From Pedosphaera sp. (GTDB taxonomy: Bacteria > Verrucomicrobiota > Verrucomicrobiia > Limisphaerales > UBA1096), in contig JAKUOU010000018.1 of the NCBI GenBank assembly GCA_022451065.1, forward strand, positions 1,490 through 65,489: DNA of 64,000 nucleotides, in the 5' to 3' direction. Below are positions 54,501-64,000 of this stretch, in pieces. The notes under the pieces are model-generated. The model was not told the DNA's origin. It worked only from the letters and a program-made list of their open reading frames with translations, and did no database searches. Position 1 is the stretch's first letter. The number at the start of each line of letters is the position of its first letter. A program made the position numbers and the translations under genes.

Positions 54501-56429
54501 TCACCCCGCAGTGAACTTCGTCGTGAATTCGGTGTTGCCGCCCGGCTTGGCGGTCAGTTTTAGATACGGCGCATGCCTGGTTTTCATGAAGAGCGGTGAG
54601 ACAATGCCGTCGAGTTGCCCCGCTGCCTCGTCGCCGCTTGGCAGCCATAGCTCGGCCAGCGACCAGCCTTCACCCAGGTTAATTTCCATCATCGCGGACT
54701 CACTTGTCACCCTGAAAACCCGCTCGCGGATTTGCTCCACTTCGCAACCGGGAGCAAACTGCCAGCGAACCGTGAACTCACCCGCCTTACCAAGCTGCGG
54801 CTCGAACGTGTCGGTAACAAGCCACTCCTGCTTCTCTCCGGCCAGCGGCTTGATCGTCCGTGCCAAAGAACCGCCGGCCAAGCGCAACTCAGTCTCAAAA
54901 ATGTCCCCGTCGAGACTCCACAATGGTTTCGGATGAATTGCCCCCCAAAGAAAAGGGCCCTCGCGCCTGGCCAAGGGCGCTTTGCCCGAGCACGGGCCAT
55001 TGTGCGCCTCGCGCGAGGCAAGCCAGTTTCGAAGCTCGGGCGTGCCGTGGTAGTCGCCGGTGCCGGGATCGATCACCATCGCGCGGCCCTTCAGCCAGAG
55101 CGATAGTTGATGCGCATCGAGGTGGCCATGAGGCGCCATTGAGCCGGAGCCGAGCGGCGAGAAATCGAGCCGCGCATTCCAATGACCCAGCGCATTCACG
55201 GCGATACCGGTATCCGGGAAAACCCGCCAGCCGCCCTGCTCTGTTTTCGGCTCGTCACTCTTCAGATGCGTATCAAATTTGCCGCGCATGAGGTGCAGAA
55301 ACGGCGACCGCACGGCATTGCCGGTGATCCACTGCCACCACTCGTCGGTGGCCCGCGACTCGTCCGCGAACCACGGCAGGACGTAGGCATCGTCCGAGTC
55401 ACCATAATCCCACGGGTCGGACGGTACCTGCACTTCGCGGTGGAAGCGGGCTGCCTGGCCGAGCCGCGTATCGATGCGATCGCGACGGACCGGGGGCATC
55501 GCACCGACGGCGACGAGTGCCTGCCGGGCTTCCCAGCAGAATTCCCATGCAAAAAAATGGTAGTTGAGCGCCTGCTCGAAGTTGCCGCCGTCACTGTGAA
55601 ACTGCCGCAATGTCTCTCGCTCGAGCAGCCTGCCGAGCCTGGGCAAATCGGTGCCGAGCTTGGCCAAGCCAGGCCAACGCGCGGTGGCCAAGGCCAAACC
55701 ACACAATTCGCCCAGCAGATGGTTATTCGCCGACGAACCAAAGGTGCGGTGCCGCCAGGTGAACCAAACGTGCGATGGCAGAATGTCCGCGCGCAGCGTG
55801 GCCAGGCGCTTGGCCAAGTCGCCCGGTTCCCGTCCCTCGAACGCCATCAAAAATGCGTCAATCCACGTGAAGGCAACCAGGCGCATGCCGCTCTCAAGCG
55901 CACTCGTCCAGTGCCAGCCAGTGTACGGCGGATTGTTCGCGACCCAGTCTTCAAGCCAGTCGAGACAACGTTCACCGCTCCGACGGCTGCCGAGCAACCA
56001 GCAAGCCTGCGCCATGCGCACCGGCCCATACCAGCGACTAGGTTCCCAGACCGACTTGATCGCCGCGCCGTCAGTCAACTCGCGGTGGTTTAGCTTGAAC
56101 GCAGACTGGTCGGTGGAAACATCCACACCCGCAATGTAGTCACACTGCCAGTTGGGCGGCGTGTCAGCCTGCACATCAAGGTGGCCGAAGAACCGCAGGC
56201 GGCCGGCAGCCAATCGCTCGGCGTCACACTTCAGCGACTCGCGAAGCAACTCAGGCGCGGCGGCAGGGTCAGGGAGTTTTGGAAATGCCGAGCTCGACGA
56301 CAGGTCGGCCGCTGGCCAGTGGTCACGCCCGCTATCTTGGAATTCGAACCACTTTTTGCGGAGTCTCAGTGCAACCTCTACCGGTCCCATCGCCCGGAGA
56401 CGCCGCCAATACCAGTTCAAATCCGCCAT
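54501..56429 (-). CDS. Heparinase II/III-like (alginate lyase superfamily) protein
   Basis: An N-terminal alpha/alpha toroid-like region plus a C-terminal MAPHGHLDAHQLSLWLKGRAMVIDPGTGDY, the typical heparinase II/III HGHxD...D.GT..Y block. The family call is made from motifs only. Confidence 0.55.
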   Translation of the reverse strand: MADLNWYWRRLRAMGPVEVALRLRKKWFEFQDSGRDHWPAADLSSSSAFPKLPDPAAAPELLRESLKCDAERLAAGRLRFFGHLDVQADTPPNWQCDYIAGVDVSTDQSAFKLNHRELTDGAAIKSVWEPSRWYGPVRMAQACWLLGSRRSGERCLDWLEDWVANNPPYTGWHWTSALESGMRLVAFTWIDAFLMAFEGREPGDLAKRLATLRADILPSHVWFTWRHRTFGSSANNHLLGELCGLALATARWPGLAKLGTDLPRLGRLLERETLRQFHSDGGNFEQALNYHFFAWEFCWEARQALVAVGAMPPVRRDRIDTRLGQAARFHREVQVPSDPWDYGDSDDAYVLPWFADESRATDEWWQWITGNAVRSPFLHLMRGKFDTHLKSDEPKTEQGGWRVFPDTGIAVNALGHWNARLDFSPLGSGSMAPHGHLDAHQLSLWLKGRAMVIDPGTGDYHGTPELRNWLASREAHNGPCSGKAPLARREGPFLWGAIHPKPLWSLDGDIFETELRLAGGSLARTIKPLAGEKQEWLVTDTFEPQLGKAGEFTVRWQFAPGCEVEQIRERVFRVTSESAMMEINLGEGWSLAELWLPSGDEAAGQLDGIVSPLFMKTRHAPYLKLTAKPGGNTEFTTKFTAG

Positions 56430-56439
56430 TCAGCACGTT

Positions 56440-57321
56440 CTACCGGCGTCTGGGGCGAGTGGTTTTATCCTGCATCCACTTGACGTCCAAATTATTGGGT
56501 TGAGGAACATTCAGTGCGATGTTGCCATTATGACGTACCGGAGGAGTGGTTCGTTTGTCGAGCCACTTGTGGATTTCAGCGTGCCCATCGGCGAAGGAGA
56601 AGCCAGCGGCATTATTGTGATAGCTGGCAGGATAGTCGACCATCTTGGTGGAAGACAGGTTGGGGTAACCGGGCATCCAAACCACAAAAAAACCGTCATT
56701 AATACTGTCCATTCGTTCGTCAATTAGCACCCAAGTCTCGGATGGACCAGGCGCCACCATGTCACCGCGCTTTAGGTAAATGGTTCCGTCATTGCGACCA
56801 CCAAACCAGGTGTGATGACCGTTGTTTGCACCGTTCTGGCCATCTCCTCCGACCCAACTATTCATGGACATACTACGGACCCGAGGTTTAATGCCGAGTT
56901 TCCCGGCCTTGACGGTACTCGTGTCGGCTGGGCATCGAAAAACCTGAGGGCTTTTTCCGACATGCTCCCAGAGCGGACTTCGTACGATATCCTTCGTATA
57001 GTCCCAGCTACTAGGACTACTGTAATTCACGCTCGTGTTGCCCATCCAGCCGTGCCTGAACATGGGTTTGCCCGCAGTCGGGCTGCACTTCCGGCAACCA
57101 TCACCGTATGCCCAGGTGACACTGTCATCGCTGTCATCAGCGTAAAATGACCAGGCCATCATGAGCTGCTTGTTGTTGTTCATGCAGGAGATGCCGTGTG
57201 CCTTGGTCTTGGCCTTTGCCAGGGCCGGCAACAACATGCCGGCCAAAATGGCGATGATGGCAATCACCACCAGCAACTCAATCAACGTAAAGCCATTATG
57301 TTTTTTTGTAATTATTTTCAT
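56440..57321 (-). CDS. Prepilin-type N-terminal cleavage/methylation protein with H-X9-DG domain
   Basis: [38 protein letters not shown] type IV pilin-like leader. The C-terminal [12 protein letters not shown] is the PVC-type H-X9-DG motif region. Confidence 0.8.
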   Translation of the reverse strand: MKIITKKHNGFTLIELLVVIAIIAILAGMLLPALAKAKTKAHGISCMNNNKQLMMAWSFYADDSDDSVTWAYGDGCRKCSPTAGKPMFRHGWMGNTSVNYSSPSSWDYTKDIVRSPLWEHVGKSPQVFRCPADTSTVKAGKLGIKPRVRSMSMNSWVGGDGQNGANNGHHTWFGGRNDGTIYLKRGDMVAPGPSETWVLIDERMDSINDGFFVVWMPGYPNLSSTKMVDYPASYHNNAAGFSFADGHAEIHKWLDKRTTPPVRHNGNIALNVPQPNNLDVKWMQDKTTRPRRR

Positions 57322-57354
57322 AAATTTAACCCTTTTATAATTAAAACTAAAAAA

Positions 57355-58146
57355 TCAGTGACCGTTCTTCGATGGCGGGTTGGGCACGCACCACAAACGG
57401 TTGCGTCCAGGTTTCTTATTCTCTCTTTTGTACCACTCAAAAGTCATGAATTCTGCACTGCCACCAAACATGCCGGTGATCGCTCCCTCGCTGTGGCGTT
57501 TGCTGATTCCCTCGGAATAAATTTCCATGCCACCCTGCATGAAAATTACCCCGGGTGTGCTTGAGGCATCATTGAAATTACCAATCCGCCTTTCATCCGG
57601 CTCCCAGAACAAAATATCGTCAGACCTAAACTGATTGCGCTTGAAAGAGACCGTTTTGTTACCGGTCCTAATCGCCCCATAAGTCGTAAATCTGGTCACG
57701 ACACCGTTCATGACGTAACTGCTGCAGTCCTGGTAACCACTCTGCCGGCGTTGCTTGAGATCCTTCATTTTTTCAGCAACACAGATGAAAGATCCCTTAT
57801 TGCTGACATATTTCCACAGTTGCCCTAGCTCTGGGCGAAAGCGCGACTCGCCCTTTGGTACAGAACGCGTGGAATAGTTGTAAGCCCAGCCGTAGGTCTG
57901 CACGCCCCAGTTTGGATACGTCATGTAGTCGTCGTGGTCGTCAGAATACATGTGGACGGCGAGTAGCAGCTGTTTTTGGTTGTTTAGGCAGTTGGTGCGA
58001 TGGGCCTGGCTCTTGGCCTTGGCGAGTGCCGGCAGCAGCAGCGCCGCCAGGATGGCAATGATCGCAATGACCACCAAGAGCTCAATCAGCGTAAAACCGT
58101 GACGACATCCTGACCGTTTGACCATTGGCAATAGGCATATTTTCAT
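57355..58146 (-). CDS. Prepilin-type N-terminal cleavage/methylation protein (DUF1559-like)
   Basis: ...[46 protein letters not shown]. Paralogous to the downstream gene. Confidence 0.8.
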   Translation of the reverse strand: MKICLLPMVKRSGCRHGFTLIELLVVIAIIAILAALLLPALAKAKSQAHRTNCLNNQKQLLLAVHMYSDDHDDYMTYPNWGVQTYGWAYNYSTRSVPKGESRFRPELGQLWKYVSNKGSFICVAEKMKDLKQRRQSGYQDCSSYVMNGVVTRFTTYGAIRTGNKTVSFKRNQFRSDDILFWEPDERRIGNFNDASSTPGVIFMQGGMEIYSEGISKRHSEGAITGMFGGSAEFMTFEWYKRENKKPGRNRLWCVPNPPSKNGH

Positions 58147-58221
58147 GAATAAATCCGATTAGTGTCGAGGCAGGAAACTACGCTTTATGAAAAAGCTCTG
58201 CAACCCCCCACTTTGTGATTA

Positions 58222-59622
58222 TCAGTCCAATCGCTTGGCCCAGCGTCGAAGCTGTTTTTTGACCTCTTTCGTGCCGGGCGAACCGATCGCGGTGCGCTTG
58301 GCCAATGCCTGTTTCAGGTTAAAAACCTCCAGTGCGTCGGCCCTGAATTTCCGGCTGACGCCCTGCAACTCCTTGAGCGTCAACTGATCCAGCGGCTTGG
58401 TCATTTTTTCAGCCAAGGCGACAACTTCGCCAACGAGATGATGAGCCTCTCGGAACGGCACTTTTCGCCCGACGAGATAGTCGGCCAGATCGGTCGCCAG
58501 CAACGCGGAGTCAGCAGCAGCAGCGGTGCACGCCGCAGCATTCACGCTCGTGTGCCGCAGCATCGCATCGGTCAACCGCACGATGGCACGGATGGTGTCG
58601 GCACTACCGAACAACGGTTCCTTGTCCTCCTGCAAATCGCGGTTGTACGTCATCGGCAATCCTTTCAGCAGCGTCAGCAGCGAGACAAGGTTGCCGACGA
58701 GTCGAGCGCTCTTGCCCCGGGCAAGCTCGGCGATGTCCGGGTTTTTCTTCTGCGGCATGAGCGATGAGCCGGTGGTATACGCATCGGCGATGCGAATGAA
58801 ATCAAACTCGCTGCTAGACCACAGGATGACATCCTCGGCCAGGCGCGACAAGTGGACGCCCAGCAACGACGCAACAAAACAAAACTCCACCGCGAAGTCG
58901 CGGTCGCTCACGGCGTCCATCGAGTTTTGTGAAACCACCGGCCTGCCCTGCCGATCCTCGAAGCCAAGTATTACGGCGACCTGCTTGCGGTCGAGCGGCA
59001 ACGTGGAGCCGGCCAACGCACCGCTCCCCAGCGGACAGACATTCACGCGTGAAAAAGCGTCAAGCAACCGTTCCCGATCCCGCTCAACCATCTCGACATA
59101 CGCCAGCAAGTGGTGCGCAAAGTAAACCGGCTGTGCCCGTTGCAGGTGTGTGTAGCCGGGGATGATGACATCGTTGTTCGCCTGTGCAAGAGCAACAAGC
59201 GCTTGTTGCAGCGAACGTAGTTCCTCCTCCAGATCGACAATTTCGTCACGTAGCCACATCCGTGTGTCGAGCGCGACCTGGTCGTTGCGCGACCGGCCGG
59301 TATGCAGCTTGGCCCCAGCCGGCTCGCGCCGGGTCAACTCGGCCTCGAGGTTCATGTGAACGTCCTCGAGCGACTCGTCCCAATCGAACCGGCCGGCCTC
59401 GATATCATCACCAATAGCCTCCAGCGCACGGACGATGCGTTTGGCCTCGGCCTTAGTGAGCACACCGATACCGCCCAGCATGGTGGCGTGGGCAATGGAG
59501 CCCATGAGGTCATGCCGCCACAACCGGCGGTCGAACGAGATCGACTCGGTGAACTTGGCCGCGTCACCGCCCGGTCCGCTGCTGAACCGCCCGCTCCGCG
59601 ACACTGGCGATGTTTTTTTCAT
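58222..59622 (-). CDS. argH: Argininosuccinate lyase
   Basis: SISFDRRLWRHDLMGSIAHATML, TGRSRNDQV, GYTHLQRAQP and GSSLMPQKKNPD (fumarate-lyase signature). Start trimmed to the ATG at 59622. Confidence 0.9.
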   Translation of the reverse strand: MKKTSPVSRSGRFSSGPGGDAAKFTESISFDRRLWRHDLMGSIAHATMLGGIGVLTKAEAKRIVRALEAIGDDIEAGRFDWDESLEDVHMNLEAELTRREPAGAKLHTGRSRNDQVALDTRMWLRDEIVDLEEELRSLQQALVALAQANNDVIIPGYTHLQRAQPVYFAHHLLAYVEMVERDRERLLDAFSRVNVCPLGSGALAGSTLPLDRKQVAVILGFEDRQGRPVVSQNSMDAVSDRDFAVEFCFVASLLGVHLSRLAEDVILWSSSEFDFIRIADAYTTGSSLMPQKKNPDIAELARGKSARLVGNLVSLLTLLKGLPMTYNRDLQEDKEPLFGSADTIRAIVRLTDAMLRHTSVNAAACTAAAADSALLATDLADYLVGRKVPFREAHHLVGEVVALAEKMTKPLDQLTLKELQGVSRKFRADALEVFNLKQALAKRTAIGSPGTKEVKKQLRRWAKRLD

Positions 59623-59759
59623 CCGGCAGGAGGTTTTACGGTAGGTCGGTGGGCTTTCCAACAAAAACCCCCGCCGTGCGCAGCCACGTCCCGGGCTTTG
59701 GTAAAACTTTGACGCGCCAGCAGGCATGCCGTAGCGTCCCCCGCCTTTGTTTGAAGACC

Positions 59760-62804
<3,045 letters not shown>

Positions 62805-62932
62805 GGTAAGCCAAGCGCTTAACCAGGCAGTGGCCAGCTAGCGGGCTTTTCAATTGTCCGTCCAAAAAAACCCATCCAGTGGCCCATATCTTTCATTTGA
62901 TGCGGCGGGGTTTTCGCCTAGACTGACCCACC

Positions 62933-63787
62933 TTGCGCGGCTTCAACAAGCCGCACCTTGATTTGGATCCTGCACGCCAGTGGTTTTTGTTCGCCGTCAT
63001 TGTGTACGGCGCGAGCATGCTTTACTCCACTTTCCTGTGGCGGCGCGGCTTTCAGCGAGACAACTGGATCAACTTCGGACTGCTCGCTGCCGCCTTCGTG
63101 CTCCACACCCTCGCCATGGCCAAGCGCGGCTTCACGCTGAATCACTGCCCGGTGAACAACCTGTACGAGGCCACCACATTTGTCCTGTGGACGATCGCCG
63201 CCGGCAGCCTTGCGCTTGCCCTCCTGCCCAAGCTTCGTTTCCTCGGTGTGTTCACGGCTCCATTACTGTTTTGTGTTGGCCTTTTTGCCTTATGGCCCGG
63301 CCTTGACGTAGAGTACATTGATAATAAACCCAATTTTTCCAGTGACTGGTTCAAACTTCACGTTCCTGTCATTTTACTTGGATATGGTGCATTTGGTTTA
63401 AGCGCCACCGCCGGGAGTATGTTTTTGACGCAGGAAAGAAATTTAAAATTCCACCGGGCAAAAGCACTGTTCGCCAACCTTCCGCCCATCCAGCGTCTGG
63501 AAAAAATAATCACTTACACACTTGTAATCGGCCTGGCGCTGCTCACTGCTGGTGTTGGTATTGGCGCAGCGTTTGTGGAGGAGGACGCGGTGTTTTGGAA
63601 TGATTCAAAAACCATTTGGTCATTTCTGGTATGGACGATGTACTGCGGATTGCTGGTTTCGCACCTAAAGTTCGACCAACGCGGCCGCCGCTATGCTTGG
63701 TCGGCCATCGTTGCGTTCGGCTTTGTGATCCTCACGTTCTGGGGGACAAACCTGCTCTCAGGCATTCACAATCCCCCCACCCCGTAG
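62933..63787 (+). CDS. Cytochrome c assembly family protein (CcsA/HemX/YpjD-like)
   Basis: 8-TM-like profile, a Trp-rich segment FWNDSKTIWSFLVWTMY and a C-terminal TFWGTNLLSGIHN. It lies directly upstream of hemA, as HemX does in Bacillus. The start (TTG at 62933) is uncertain. Confidence 0.55.
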   Translation: MRGFNKPHLDLDPARQWFLFAVIVYGASMLYSTFLWRRGFQRDNWINFGLLAAAFVLHTLAMAKRGFTLNHCPVNNLYEATTFVLWTIAAGSLALALLPKLRFLGVFTAPLLFCVGLFALWPGLDVEYIDNKPNFSSDWFKLHVPVILLGYGAFGLSATAGSMFLTQERNLKFHRAKALFANLPPIQRLEKIITYTLVIGLALLTAGVGIGAAFVEEDAVFWNDSKTIWSFLVWTMYCGLLVSHLKFDQRGRRYAWSAIVAFGFVILTFWGTNLLSGIHNPPTP

Positions 63788-63790
63788 GCC

Positions 63791-64000
63791 ATGCCGATTG
63801 TCGTCACAGGTTTGAGTCATCACTCCTCACCAGTCGAGATGCGGGAGCGATTTGCCTTTTCCAATACGCAGGTCGCCGACGCGCTTGGCCAAGTGCGCCA
63901 GCGCGGCATCGCCGAGGAGGCCGTGATTCTCTCCACCTGTAACCGTGTGGAGATTTACGCCGCTACACGGGAGAGCAATCCTGTGCTTGGCCAAGCGCTG
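63791..64000 (+). CDS. hemA: Glutamyl-tRNA reductase, N-terminal fragment (continues beyond window)
   Basis: MPIVVTGLSHHSSPVEMRERFAF...AVILSTCNRVEIYA contains the catalytic-Cys motif STCNRxE of HemA. Confidence 0.85.
   Translation, partial: MPIVVTGLSHHSSPVEMRERFAFSNTQVADALGQVRQRGIAEEAVILSTCNRVEIYAATRESNPVLGQAL

Noticed and set aside
59610-59759. Overlapping 5' extensions of secA (from 59610) and argH (up to 59727) that would make the divergent genes overlap
   Set aside because: Both conserved N-termini start later: MLSFLSKLF at 59760 for secA and MKKTSPVSRSGRF at 59622 for argH. The extensions are unconserved, Arg-rich read-through of the shared promoter region.
62833-62850. Weak imperfect palindrome GCCAGCTAGCGGGC + TTTT after secA as a terminator
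   Set aside because: Only three to five pairs with a mismatch and a two-base loop, which is not a credible intrinsic terminator.

Overview
Gene-dense 64-kb chromosomal window, roughly 58-60% GC by eye, with about 55 CDS. I found no rRNA, tRNA, CRISPR array, transposase or integrase. The gene content points to a PVC-superphylum bacterium, most likely Verrucomicrobiota. The evidence is an FtsZ-containing dcw cluster alongside a PSCyt/DUF1549/DUF1553 + DUF1501 gene pair and prepilin-type H-X9-DG proteins. The core is a 17-kb minus-strand division/cell-wall cluster (20098-37182): mraZ, orf252, rsmH, ftsL-like, ftsI, murF, mraY, murD, a LysM gene, ftsW, murG, murB, ddl, ftsQ, ftsA, ftsZ. murE and murC are absent from it. 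The left flank holds a GldA/F/G-like ABC operon ending in a DUF4340-FKBP fusion, and a LolD/FtsX-type ABC operon with two secreted unknowns. It also holds bamD-like/lptE-like/tgt, birA, aroB, and a ZIP transporter downstream of a Cys-poor dksA-like / rpmG / rpsR operon. The right flank holds queA, a RibD-C reductase, DUF1501 + PSCyt, lactate permease, a solitary nuoA, a phosphohexomutase, an AGCS symporter and a PaaK-like ligase. It continues with dnaE, a heparinase II/III-like gene with two pseudopilin-like genes, argH, secA, a ccsA-family gene and the start of hemA. The most striking non-genic signal is the 8-bp palindrome TTGGCCAA. I count at least 34 copies by eye against about 1 expected. 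Copies occur in all codon phases and in intergenic DNA, often extended to GCGCTTGGCCAAGCG, which resembles cyanobacterial HIP1. Other leads are a possible zinc-sparing module (Cys-poor DksA, C-minus L33, S18, ZIP), a 10-bp-phased GGG-box array over a candidate mraZ promoter, two extra genes embedded in the dcw cluster, and an FtsZ with altered T1/T7 loops. All calls come from reading translations and sequence by eye. No database search was run.
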